Source: Candidatus Thorarchaeota archaeon | GTDB taxonomy: Archaea; Asgardarchaeota; Thorarchaeia; Thorarchaeales; Thorarchaeaceae | Direction: 5' to 3' | Assembly: GCA_019057475.1 (NCBI GenBank) | Contig: DXJO01000010.1 | Location: 224,001 to 288,000 of the forward strand | DNA length: 64,000 nt | Part shown: positions 40,201 through 49,424 of the stretch, piece after piece | Position numbering within the stretch: the first letter of the stretch is position 1 | How the letters are laid out: the number at the start of each line of letters is the position of its first letter | The notes under the pieces: model-generated | The model's database searches: none | The model's input: only the letters and a program-made list of their open reading frames with translations | Told to the model about the DNA's origin: nothing | Position numbers and translations under genes: made by a program

Positions 40201-43200
40201 AGATCTCAATCCCGTTCGAGAGCCCATCACCATCTAGGTCATCGTCATAATCCGAGTGCGTCACGTTCGTGGGGTCAGTTCCCAGCAGCTCGACCTCGAC
40301 ATAATCGTCAAGCCCGTCTCCGTCTGTGTCCATTAGAGTGCAGTTCGTTCCTGCCTGAATCTCATCGAAATCATTGAGGCCGTCGCCGTCAGAATCCGCA
40401 GCCAATGGGTCTGAATTGTGAATGAGAATCTCGTCCCCGTCGCTGAGTCCATCATCATCACTATCAAAATCTCCAGGGCTTGTGTCATAGAGGTTTATCT
40501 CATCCAAGTTGGAAAGTCCATCAGAGTCACTGTCATAAACTCCATCCATTACACCATAGGTCATGTTGTTTAGTGGGTCTGTGCCAGTTATTTTCACTTC
40601 TATGTAATCCGATAGAAAATCCAAGTCTGTATCATTATTCAACGGATTCGTGAAGTAATCGTTCACTTCTTCTGCATCGAGCAGACCATCTTCATCGCTG
40701 TCTGGATTGAGTGGGTTCGTTCCAATTGCGTACTCTTCACCATCATCGAGGCCGTCTTGGTCACTGTCCGCCTCAAAAGGTGAGGTTTCATCAGGGTCAA
40801 CGATGCCGTTAGCATTGACATCCTCTCCCAGCTCGTCCAGATGTGGCTCATAGATGCCATTTCCGTTGATGTCGTTCCAGCCATCGTATAATGAATCTCC
40901 ATCGGAGTCATGGTTGGTGGCGTTAAGACCTACCTGAATCTCCAGACCATCCCGGATACGGTCACCATCAGTATCCCAATTTGTACAGTTTGTGCCATAG
41001 GTCCTCAGTTCCTCAAGGTTGGTAAGTCCGTCATTGTCAGCGTCGTCATTGCCATCTAAAATTCCATCGTCATCGGAATCATTGTCGAGCGGGTCTGTGA
41101 ACACCTCCCGGACCTCCTCAGCGTCTGTCAGTCCGTCAAGGTCAGTGTCAGCAGCGAGCGGATTGGTTCCCACATTGTACTCCTCAAGATTGGTGAGTTC
41201 GTCACCATCCGGGTCTTCCTCCCAGTCGAAGATGCCGTCATCGTTTGTATCATTATAGAGCGGGTCTGTCAGGCTCATCTTGACCTCGAACCAGTTGGGC
41301 AGCAGGTCTGAGTCGCTGTCGTACATGTCATCACGGGGCTGTGCTACGCCGTGTGTGTATGCATCAGTGGCGTTAGTCTTGGTGATGTACAACTCCACTC
41401 CATTCGATAGTTCATCGCCGTCGAAATCCTCATCGTAATCGCTTATTGTATCATCATCACTATCACCATCGTTGGGGTCAGTACCCAGAATGAGATACTC
41501 GTCCCCATCCTTGACGCCGTCCCCATCCGAATCGGGGTTTCGCGGGTCAGTCTGGGTCGTGTTTATCTCAACCCAGTTATTGAGGTCATCAAGGTCCGAG
41601 TCCTCCAAATCATCGTCGGTGCCATCCAAGTTCGTATCTGCTAGTGTTGGATCGGTTCGAGTGAGATAGATTTCCTCTCCGTTTGATAGGTTGTCGCTAT
41701 CTAAGTCCCAGTCATAATCGTTGGTTGTCCCATGCCATGTGTTAGGATTAGTCGGATCAAACCCAGAACTGAGGTACTGAACTTCATCATAATCGAGAAG
41801 TCCGTCGGCGTCAGTGTCAACAGAAGTGGCGTTCGTGCCATAGGTCAGAATCTCCACCCCATCATCAAGCCCGTCCGAGTCAGTATCAGTCAAAGTTGCA
41901 TTTGTGAAGTGTATCGTGACTTCATCGAAATCGCTGAGCCCATCTAGGTCAGTATCAACGATGTTAGGGTCAGTTCCCCAGACGTTTACCTCAACACCAT
42001 CGCTCAAGCCATCTCCATCAGTGTCAGGATTTGTGGCATTGGTATTGTAAACGTTAATCTCCTGTCCGTCGTTCAGCCCGTCTAGGTCTGTATCTGGTGC
42101 AGAAGCGTTGGTTCCGTATGTAACGTACTCTGCATAATCGTCCAAGCCGTCCGAGTCCGTATCGCTCTCGGTTGGATCGGAACCGACAATCATCACTTCC
42201 TCGTAATCTGTTAATTGATCATTGTCAGTGTCGGGGTCTGTTGGGCTTGTCTTCCAAGTCTTCACTTCCTCCCCATCGAGAAGCAAATCATCATCCGAAT
42301 CGGGGTCAAGTGGGTCTGAACCGACCTCAATCTCCTTCCAGTTGGCGAGGTCATCGGAATCCTCATCATCGTAGTAATCAGAGATTCCGTCCAAGTCAGA
42401 ATCAACGTCATTGGGGCCTGTGAGGGTTAGCCGTACCTCCTGAATATTCGTAAGGCCATCACCGTCATTGTCGTCCAGCGCATCGTTGATTCCATCCTCA
42501 TCTGTATCAACCACATTCGGGTCTGTCGCAGTGATGTTGTTCTCCTCGTAGTCATCTAAGCCGTCTAGATCCGAATCCGCCTGATTTGGATTGGTTCCAA
42601 GGTAGATCTCTTGCCAATCGGTTAGCAGGTCATCATCCGAATCGGTATCGAGCGGGTCAGTACCGTAAGTTATTACCTCAGCAAAGTCGGATAGCTTGTC
42701 CCCGTCAGAATCTGGCAAGAGCGGGTCAGTACCATACGTCAGGACCTCCTCCCCATCTAGAAGCCCTTCATCATCTGTGTCTGAGTCATTCACATCCGTC
42801 CCTATGCTGTTCTCTCGTGCATCTGCAAGGCCATCGCCATCCAAGTCGAGTCCGTAGGTCCTCACAAGCCCGCTGTTGTCGCCGATGGCGTACTCGTGCT
42901 TGCTGTTGTTATCGAGGTCTCCAAGGTCCGTAGCGCCCGAATAGCCAAAGAGAGATGTCTGCACGACCTCGTGACCAGTCGAGTTGTATAGCGCGATTCC
43001 ACCCTTGTAGCTAACAAGCGCTTGGTTATCGACCGTTCCTCCCACGTCGAGGAAGTGAACTTCAGCGACCTGTCCACCCATTGTGTAGTTCCACTGAAGT
43101 GCGCCTGAAGAGTTGTAGATGCGCAAATCATTCAGAGAGGTTCCAACCGCGAGCTCATCCTTCGCCCCTGCGACTAATGCATCCACCTCCAACGCCGTTA

Positions 43201-44041
43201 TTGCCCCGTCTACCGAGAAAGAGTATACTAACGTATCATTGCTGAAGTAAACGTACACATCACCCAGGCTGGTCCCGAAGACCACTTCACGCGCAACTGT
43301 ATCTGCGAGGTCGCCGATGCCAAGTACGCAGACTGCACTCGAGGCCAGTTTCTCGAACGCCACAGTACCGGTGCTGTTCAGGAGGGTAAATCTGCCAATC
43401 TCAGAGCCCGCAAGGACCTCATCAGCGGCGCCACCAAGGACATCGCCAGCAGCGACTGCACAAATGGGTCCGTTGCTTGTATAGTTCCAGAGCTGAATCG
43501 AGTTGGTTTCATAAGCGTACACACGATTATCGTCGCAGCCGACCACAACTTCGTCCTCACCGTCACCGTCAAGGTCGGCGGACACAATAGCTCTAACATC
43601 GTTTCCTAGGATTATGTTAGCGAGGACTGTCTGATTAGCAGCAATGACCTTGAAGCCCTCGGTTGTTCCCACGAGCAATTCCATCGTTGTGCCAGCATCA
43701 ACAGCGATGGGCGCCAGCACATGCGGGGTTATGCCTAGGTCAGCCTGCCAGAGCAATGTTCCATCATCATCAAAGAGGTACAGTGAGCCGTTTGCCGTCA
43801 GTACTGCCACTTCATCGTTGGCGTCCGCGTCAAAGTTATCGATCACAAGATCAATGACCTGTGCTCCTGTCGTATTAGTCCAGGCCTCAGCCACGTCGAA
43901 TTCTGCGATATCAGAAAGGTGCAGCGGCATCCGTCCGAGTTCAAAGGCAGCCAAATCCATCGAGGTATCCCCTGCAGTGGTCTGCATACCCACTAACGCG
44001 CACACGATTACGAATCCTAGAATCAAATGATAGGGTTTCAT
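37265..44041 (-). CDS. giant type-I membrane protein: FG-GAP/PQQ-like propeller, long TSP3-like Ca-binding repeat region, TM, cytoplasmic beta-sandwich
   Basis: Signal peptide; DLDGDGEDEVVVG-type blades; roughly 70 DxDxDGLxDxxE...GTDP repeats; TM WVVPVAGIVGLLIGLAIV; about 125-aa tail. Confidence 0.9.
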   Translation of the reverse strand: MKPYHLILGFVIVCALVGMQTTAGDTSMDLAAFELGRMPLHLSDIAEFDVAEAWTNTTGAQVIDLVIDNFDADANDEVAVLTANGSLYLFDDDGTLLWQADLGITPHVLAPIAVDAGTTMELLVGTTEGFKVIAANQTVLANIILGNDVRAIVSADLDGDGEDEVVVGCDDNRVYAYETNSIQLWNYTSNGPICAVAAGDVLGGAADEVLAGSEIGRFTLLNSTGTVAFEKLASSAVCVLGIGDLADTVAREVVFGTSLGDVYVYFSNDTLVYSFSVDGAITALEVDALVAGAKDELAVGTSLNDLRIYNSSGALQWNYTMGGQVAEVHFLDVGGTVDNQALVSYKGGIALYNSTGHEVVQTSLFGYSGATDLGDLDNNSKHEYAIGDNSGLVRTYGLDLDGDGLADARENSIGTDVNDSDTDDEGLLDGEEVLTYGTDPLLPDSDGDKLSDFAEVITYGTDPLDTDSDDDLLTDWQEIYLGTNPNQADSDLDGLDDYEENNITATDPNVVDTDEDGINDALDDNDGDGLTNIQEVRLTLTGPNDVDSDLDGISDYYDDEDSDDLANWKEIEVGSDPLDPDSDDDLLLDGEEVKTWKTSPTDPDTDNDQLTDYEEVMIVGSDPTESDTDSDGLDDYAEYVTYGTNASAPDTDLDGLNDGQEINVYNTNATNPDTDGDGLSDGVEVNVWGTDPNIVDTDLDGLSDFDEVTIHFTNATLTDTDSDGLDDGVEILTYGTNATSVDTDADGLLDYDEVQYLSSGFDPTNPNTWHGTTNDYDWDLDSDNLSNGEEIYLTRTDPTLADTNLDGTDDDLEDSDLDDLNNWVEINTTQTDPRNPDSDGDGVKDGDEYLILGTDPNDGDSDDDTISDYDEDFDGDELSNGVELYITKTNATDAYTHGVAQPRDDMYDSDSDLLPNWFEVKMSLTDPLYNDTNDDGIFDWEEDPDGDELTNLEEYNVGTNPLAADTDLDGLTDAEEVREVFTDPLDNDSDDDGILDGNDDADNDGLTNLEELRTYGTNCTNWDTDGDRIRDGLEIQVGLNATNHDSDGDSLYDGWNDINGNGIYEPHLDELGEDVNANGIVDPDETSPFEADSDQDGLDDGEEYAIGTNPLNPDSDEDGLLDAEEVNDYFTNPLNNDTDLDFLSDYIEVKITGTDPLNNMTYGVMDGVYDSDSDGLSNLDEINLYDTSPGDFDSDDDGLSDGDEILIHNSDPLAADSDGDGLNDFDEIQAGTNCTLMDTDGDGLDDYVEVELLGTDPTNVTHSDYDDDLDGDGLSNGIEIYGYGSNATNPDTDGDGLWDGIEVNFAGSSPTDMDTDNDGLSDYEEYIIYHTNPTGTDSDSDGLDDYYEVYVSLTNATLWDSDGDEVNEYLTDPNNPDSDSDMIDDKQEIELGTNPNSNDTDGDGLSDWDEWQVHGTDPTEADVDGDGLNDKEELEEGTDPENPDSDFDSLSDGDEVNIYGTSPLLDDTDGDNLADNDEIWNSHTDPTLRDTDGDGIDDNLDDEDGDGLNNHDEIYMYQTNCTLLDTDGDLLSDFYEIFTSETDPRNMDSDADGLGDWDELFFYSSDPNDRDTDDDGLEDGEEALTYHTLLNSTDTDMDRLNDYDEIMVFETDPLQYDSDGDGLGDGDELDIHNTDPLKEDSDGDLLLDGQEVNGFFLQFYNASGQQELRLVFTNPRDRDSDNDGLTDYHEVNMTLTDPTLYSSNPFGLSDADWDMDEDNLTNSQEIRLTLTNPRLNDTDSDGTLDGADDEDRDLLTNWEECVLTETDPRIKDTDGDGTSDLNDDEDDDGLSNGDEMHIYGTDPLEEDTDSDDLSDWEEVEDYFTDPLDYDTDGDGLGDGEEILDYGCDPLSNFTDSDLLTDWEEVFLTGTDPTTNTTFSPTISDDDWDSDNDGLGNLEELRDYGTMPLDPDSDNDDLEDGYEVALGTDPLNSDSDEDLLLDGPEIFEHRTNPLSNDTDGDLLSDFMEIETYHTNATNADSDGDGLSDYDEVITHVDLGVDPWKPDTDLDGLNDYQEVIAHHTDPTSADSDGDGLSDSIEIFTSDTNPLSNDTDSDGLSDGAEYNVYLTDPTLWDSDGDTLSDYDEIFVYGSNPLSTDSDGDGLLDAADFMPTVHWVVPVAGIVGLLIGLAIVTKRVREEYFVEEFVTTAEPASPGLEPGMEVAVEYKIREGKVVFGVVIRNGSENAMQNVQVILGVPDLTDSIRSEAIGTVEAGAMNVVEIEFELQPGAEGELVGMVEYDSVEGEHRVVNLQPVKIVA

Positions 44042-45030
44042 ACCTCAACTTCTCCTGTTTGGTCTTTCTGTCTGAATGGCTTCACCTGGAAGAAATCAAA
44101 GAAATCCGCCTCGACCAGACTAACCTCGTCGAAGGGTATCTTCATTTCGTTAAGTGTTTCAATGAGCGGAACAAGCTCTTGACTTGGATTATCTACGAAG
44201 AGCTTCACCGATTGCCGGCCAACTCTTGCCATGTACTTTACGCCGGGAATCTCCCTGAGAAGATCGAGCATAGCCGGCGACCTGCTGCCAAGAACGACCA
44301 GAAGACTCTCACCATGTCCTGGCAGAGTTGAGATGAGTTCATCTGGCGTTCCAAACTGACTCACGAGGCCCTCCTCAAGAAGACACACTCGTGTACAGTA
44401 GTCGACAATCTCCAGGTCGTGGCTGATAATCACCATTGTTGTACCGAGCTCATAGTTCAGTCTCTTCAGGTAGTTCATGGTTTCGTGACGCAGATGCGCA
44501 TCAAGTCCAGTAGTTGGTTCATCAAGTAAAAGCACTGGTGGGTCATGAATCATTCCTAGGCAGATGGATACTCTCTTGCGTTCACCACCCGAGAGCTTCT
44601 TCACGTGTTTTGTCATCAATTCCTCATCGAAGCCCAGGATTTCGAGAACATTCCGCGATCGTTTCTCAATCTCCTTGGGTCTAAGTCCGTAGCACCGGCC
44701 GAAGAATTGGGCATTCTGAAGAGGCGTGAAATCCCAGTATAGACTGAGATGCTCCAACTGAGGAACATAGCCCACAAGCAGGCTGATTAGCTTCCGTTTC
44801 TTCGTGACATCGTGGCCTCCCACGTATGCCTCACCACTTGTTGGTCCAATCTGTCCTGTAAGCACTCTGAGGACTGTTGTTTTTCCCGCACCAGAGGCAC
44901 CGATGATTCCCAACATCTCTTTCTTGTCTGCAAAGAATGACACTCCACTCAGAGCGTAGAACTTGCCGAAGGCGACCTTGAGGTCTATGATGTCAATTTC
45001 TCTTTCAGAATGATCGCTCAATTCACACAC
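44038..45030 (-). CDS. ABC transporter ATP-binding protein
   Basis: GASGAGKTT, LSGGE, LLLDEPT, ISH; C-terminal accessory domain. Confidence 0.95.
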   Translation of the reverse strand: MCELSDHSEREIDIIDLKVAFGKFYALSGVSFFADKKEMLGIIGASGAGKTTVLRVLTGQIGPTSGEAYVGGHDVTKKRKLISLLVGYVPQLEHLSLYWDFTPLQNAQFFGRCYGLRPKEIEKRSRNVLEILGFDEELMTKHVKKLSGGERKRVSICLGMIHDPPVLLLDEPTTGLDAHLRHETMNYLKRLNYELGTTMVIISHDLEIVDYCTRVCLLEEGLVSQFGTPDELISTLPGHGESLLVVLGSRSPAMLDLLREIPGVKYMARVGRQSVKLFVDNPSQELVPLIETLNEMKIPFDEVSLVEADFFDFFQVKPFRQKDQTGEVEV

Positions 45031-48000
45031 CTCCCACCTTGTCGCTCACGTCCCGGAACATCTTCCTCGCCCGCTCAAGATGCTCCATCAGAACTCTGAG
45101 TGCTTCCACCTTCTGGATTCGGTCCAAATCTTCTCTTCTGATAAGCTCCTCAATCTGTACGAATGCTGCAAGCATTGTATTGAGCGTGTTATCAATCTGG
45201 CTCGTGAGAACCGGGTCAACCTCGATTATCCTCATTTGCTTCTTCTTTCTGCGTCTGCTTACATATGTCTGAAGCATTACGGCACCAAAGATTCCCATTG
45301 ATGAGAGAAAGGCGATCTGCACCATGGTAAGATATTCCCAACGTTCAATCGTTGGCGTTGGTATATCGGGTTCTATGAAGTGGAAACTAACGCTAGCAAA
45401 TGTTGGGGCATAGTCCTCGTCTAAAATCATGAAGATGCCGTTGATGCGTCCTGATGACCTCCAGTAAATGGGTAGAAACTGTGATGAGTACAGGCCATTC
45501 TCGACAGAGCCCGCGATGAAGAATGCAAGGCTACCATTTGGCAGTTCGAAGACGATCACGACGAACAGGTCATCTACAGTTTCTCCGTTGTAGTCGCTCA
45601 CGTCAAGATTGAGATAGACACTTCTGCCCACAGGATACTCAGTCGTATCCTCAGCAAGGCTAGCCACGCAAGTCAGTGTATTCCTTAGGAGATACTCATT
45701 TAGATTGTCAAGCAGAATGCTATTGTTACACTTCACGAGATTCTTGTTCATGAATATCCTAGAGGATCCAAAAAGCGCTATCTCTGGACGCGAGTCATCA
45801 AGCAGTATTACTGAATTTCCTCCGATTGTGGCGCATGCTTTTGACTGGTTGTTCAGAATGAATGTGCCTTCTCCAAGCCATATCGAGTCCAGGTTCGCAC
45901 CAAGGATCGAACTTGCAATAATCTCGGTTGTGTTTTCCTCGGAATGCTTGCCTGCCATCTCATAACCATACTCTAGCAGAAGTGGATTCAGTCCCGTGAG
46001 GTTTGCACGGTCATCATAATCTCCGAAGATGATGAGATTGCCGCCGCTTGCGGTGAACTCTCTCAGCATCTCTATCTCTGTGGAGTTGAACTCTTTTGTG
46101 GGGCCGATGACGAATATGGCTGAGAATTGTACCAAGAGATCTGCGTTCAGGTCCATGCCGGGCATCTCTACCAAATCGAGTCCGACCTCCCGCATTCTCT
46201 TTTTCATCTCTGAGAGGCCTGAGAGAGTGGTCATGCGCATCTCAGCGAAAAGGTCGTCAATGGACTCCAAATCTCCAATGCCCATGTTATCTGGGGGGTC
46301 CTCTTGTAGTGTTCGAGCCTGTATATCCTCCGCAAGTGGGAAACTTGTGTTTACTCCCAGATCACCACCTAAATCCCCTCCCAAGCCGCCCATGTCTCCT
46401 CCAAAGCTCAGTCCACCTCCGTGCGACGTGTCTAGAAGCATCATGGCTCGGGGATATTCCAGGTGTGTGTCGAGGGTTATGTTGGTGGTCCATCCGTGCT
46501 CTGTTTCAATCACATAATCGCACCAATGGTACCCATCCATCGTTATTGGTGGCACAAGTGTGAACAGTGAGAAGTTGTAGTATCCCATCACATTCTCGCT
46601 TGCGGGAAGACTGGCATTGCCCCACTCGCTGGCATTCCCGTGGTTTGTCACGGTGAGACTACCTAGTCCAACAGTGGTTGAGAGAGAGATCGTGAAGAGG
46701 CCATAGTCTGCAGGGAAGACGAGATTGAATGGAGCATAGGATATGCTCTTCGGGAACACGGATGTAGATGCGATTGGCGATATCACGAACACATCACGGA
46801 TGAGGAAGTCGTTGAGGATACCCACAGACAGGGTCAATTGGGATGTTGGTTGAGCGAGGAGTGCCACTGCACTCTCGATGCCGCCTGCGACAACCCATGC
46901 CTCTGAGTTGATGCCTTCCTCCTCCGGACTCCATTCTGCGGTGACCACTCTTGCGTGGAATGGCTCGACCGCATCAAAGTTATGGAATCTAGTGAACAAA
47001 GCCCCCTCGTCCTCTTGTGCTTGACCAATGATCAGGGCTCCCACCATATCAGAAGGCTCAACCCCGATGTTCATAATGACCGCACGAGATTGGTAGTACT
47101 CTCCTACTTGGGTAATCCGGGGCATGTCCGCTTCGACAACAATCAAGTCGCCCTGGCTCACCACTTGTCCTGCGGGTGCTCTAGTCCACATTTCTTCAAT
47201 GGAAGCATCAAGCACGGTACGGTTCTCACCGAAGCCCATTGCAATTGTGACATTTACAAGCTCGTTGGGGGCTACAGCTCCAAAATGCCATTTCATGCCC
47301 AGCCCGACAGGGCCATCAAAGGTCGTGGAACCGGTCAGGTTGTCATCGGAAACGTGTGACGTAATGTCGGACGAGTTTCCGACTTCAAAAGCGTCCAGAG
47401 GTCGGCTAGAGTTAATCCCGAAGTAGAAGCCGCGATAGTCCTCTGAGATGCCGTAAGCGAATAGTTGTTGGTTTCCCAGTGCGAATTTTCCGTGGTCATC
47501 GAGATCGTCAAGGAAGATGTCCAATGAGTACGCCAAGAATAGACTAACATTAGCAAGCGGCTGATCACCTAGGTTGAGAATGAATGGAGTCACTCGGTAA
47601 GCGGTCAGCGGCAGTGGTGATGCCGTAGTCAAGTTGTAGGATTCAACAAGTAAAGTCACGTAGACCTCGTCGTCATAGGACATGATTCCAATCCATCTAT
47701 TGTATCCTTCATCTCCCTCGGCCATGGCAACTTGATGCATCTCTCTCTTGACATCGAACATCATAAGGTTCGTCGGGTCCATGTTGTTCCATCGTAGCGA
47801 AAACATGCCCATCAGCAAGTGGATGTTCATGCCCTCGGTCCCGCGTTGGTCCATTGCAACAACAGTCGTTCCATAGCTGCTCATCATGAGGCTTGTTGAT
47901 GCGTTATTTCCAGCTGAACTCAGGATGCCAAGTGCGATGAGAGGGAGGCCAGTGGTCCGTAGGTGGGGGTCGATTGGTTCTTGCCTCAAGCTGAGGTAGC

Positions 48001-49417
48001 TGAATGCAGCTTCCAGATTGAGGAGTCCTGCACCTGCGTCATTGGCTCCGAAGTTCACTGGCGTGGCCGTGTCTCTAAGTACATTGGCTAAGGCAATTGG
48101 CGTAGCCCTGTCGAACGCCTGCATTAGGATAGCAGCCGCCCCTGCAGCGATTGCAGCTGATGCTGCTGTGGAGTCTGCAATGATATAGTTGTCATCAAGG
48201 TCTTTACCCAGAGCACCTCCCATGAGACCTCCGAGCCCCCCGAGATCTCCCATATCGCCTAGGCTGAAGGATCCCAGTCCGGCCATGCCAGATAGGCCCG
48301 CTCCGTGTTTAGCTCCGATAATGTCCATCCCGGGAGCGACAATGTCCGGTTTGGTGAGCATTTCCAGTGATGGACCCCTGCCTGAAAAGGCTGGCACTTC
48401 TTGCTTCTGTAAATCAAATGCTCCAACAGTGAAAGAAGCAGCTGAGCCGCCGGGGGACATAATGGTCAGATAGTCCGGTCCGTCATCCCCGGCCGCGGCT
48501 ATAACAAACACACCCTTCTCCGCTGCGGCCTTCACAGCCATTGCGACTGCATCTCCAGGTGCGCCGAAGGTGTTGAAGGGAAGCAGTATAATGTCCGCTC
48601 CATGACTACAGGCCCACTCGATTCCTGCAACAATCCAGCTGGGGACCGCCAAGAGACCTCCGAATGTCACTTTTGCTGATAGGAGGGTGGCTCCAGGGGC
48701 AATGCCCGCGTAGAGGCCGTCCGAGCTGTTACCAGTGCCTGCGGCTATCGATGCAGCATACGTGCCATGTCCAATGATGTCAAACGGAAGCGCGTCAATT
48801 TCTGTAAATGAAGCGAAGGCAGTGACCTTCGAGTCAGTCGTCGAGCTATTGTCATCGAAATCATCAAGGTCTGGGTGCATGAAGTCAATTCCAGTGTCAA
48901 GTACGGCAATCACGATTCCTGACCCATTGTAGCCTTGTTCCCAGAGGTTTCTAGCCCCAATTGCATCAACAGGTGAAATATAATCATCAATAGCCAGATA
49001 GCTGGCAGAGGTCTGATGGTCAGGTATATCGATTGGCCTGGGTTCATTGGACCAGATATTCTTGATGAAACTGCTCCGTGCCAGTTCGATGATTGCACTT
49101 CCCACAAGCTTCACGCGGAGCATGTTCATTGCATCGAACTGTTCGACAATCTCAGCGCGTTTGTCGAGAATGGAGATGGCGCTACGTGCCTTGTACTCCG
49201 CAGCTTCATCGAATCTTACCAACAGATCAATCTGTTCGTCGGTGTCCAATCTATCCACCAGTGACTGGTCAATCTTGGTGAAGGGTGAGATTTCCTCGGT
49301 TTCAGCCAATGGAATTGACAGAGCTGCCGCGGGCGAGCTAAGCAAGATCATCAGAAGTACCATGACGGCCAAAGGCCTCACAGTATCCACGCTGCTCGTC
49401 CTCCTCAACACTACCAT
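45023..49417 (-). CDS. membrane-anchored S8 subtilase-like protein with GldG/IFT52 (GIFT)-like domain; probable pseudoprotease
   Basis: AVLDTGID, GHGT, KPDIVAPG present; GTSMA replaced by STAAS; LDTSH...GPTKEFNSTEIEMLREFTASGGNLII GIFT-like; C-terminal TM then RRRKKK. Confidence 0.85.
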   Translation of the reverse strand: MVVLRRTSSVDTVRPLAVMVLLMILLSSPAAALSIPLAETEEISPFTKIDQSLVDRLDTDEQIDLLVRFDEAAEYKARSAISILDKRAEIVEQFDAMNMLRVKLVGSAIIELARSSFIKNIWSNEPRPIDIPDHQTSASYLAIDDYISPVDAIGARNLWEQGYNGSGIVIAVLDTGIDFMHPDLDDFDDNSSTTDSKVTAFASFTEIDALPFDIIGHGTYAASIAAGTGNSSDGLYAGIAPGATLLSAKVTFGGLLAVPSWIVAGIEWACSHGADIILLPFNTFGAPGDAVAMAVKAAAEKGVFVIAAAGDDGPDYLTIMSPGGSAASFTVGAFDLQKQEVPAFSGRGPSLEMLTKPDIVAPGMDIIGAKHGAGLSGMAGLGSFSLGDMGDLGGLGGLMGGALGKDLDDNYIIADSTAASAAIAAGAAAILMQAFDRATPIALANVLRDTATPVNFGANDAGAGLLNLEAAFSYLSLRQEPIDPHLRTTGLPLIALGILSSAGNNASTSLMMSSYGTTVVAMDQRGTEGMNIHLLMGMFSLRWNNMDPTNLMMFDVKREMHQVAMAEGDEGYNRWIGIMSYDDEVYVTLLVESYNLTTASPLPLTAYRVTPFILNLGDQPLANVSLFLAYSLDIFLDDLDDHGKFALGNQQLFAYGISEDYRGFYFGINSSRPLDAFEVGNSSDITSHVSDDNLTGSTTFDGPVGLGMKWHFGAVAPNELVNVTIAMGFGENRTVLDASIEEMWTRAPAGQVVSQGDLIVVEADMPRITQVGEYYQSRAVIMNIGVEPSDMVGALIIGQAQEDEGALFTRFHNFDAVEPFHARVVTAEWSPEEEGINSEAWVVAGGIESAVALLAQPTSQLTLSVGILNDFLIRDVFVISPIASTSVFPKSISYAPFNLVFPADYGLFTISLSTTVGLGSLTVTNHGNASEWGNASLPASENVMGYYNFSLFTLVPPITMDGYHWCDYVIETEHGWTTNITLDTHLEYPRAMMLLDTSHGGGLSFGGDMGGLGGDLGGDLGVNTSFPLAEDIQARTLQEDPPDNMGIGDLESIDDLFAEMRMTTLSGLSEMKKRMREVGLDLVEMPGMDLNADLLVQFSAIFVIGPTKEFNSTEIEMLREFTASGGNLIIFGDYDDRANLTGLNPLLLEYGYEMAGKHSEENTTEIIASSILGANLDSIWLGEGTFILNNQSKACATIGGNSVILLDDSRPEIALFGSSRIFMNKNLVKCNNSILLDNLNEYLLRNTLTCVASLAEDTTEYPVGRSVYLNLDVSDYNGETVDDLFVVIVFELPNGSLAFFIAGSVENGLYSSQFLPIYWRSSGRINGIFMILDEDYAPTFASVSFHFIEPDIPTPTIERWEYLTMVQIAFLSSMGIFGAVMLQTYVSRRRKKKQMRIIEVDPVLTSQIDNTLNTMLAAFVQIEELIRREDLDRIQKVEALRVLMEHLERARKMFRDVSDKVGGV

Positions 49418-49424
49418 ATCCCCC

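Noticed and set aside
38269-44030. Many Ser-rich plus-strand ORFs
   Set aside because: Antisense shadows of the Asp-rich repeat gene
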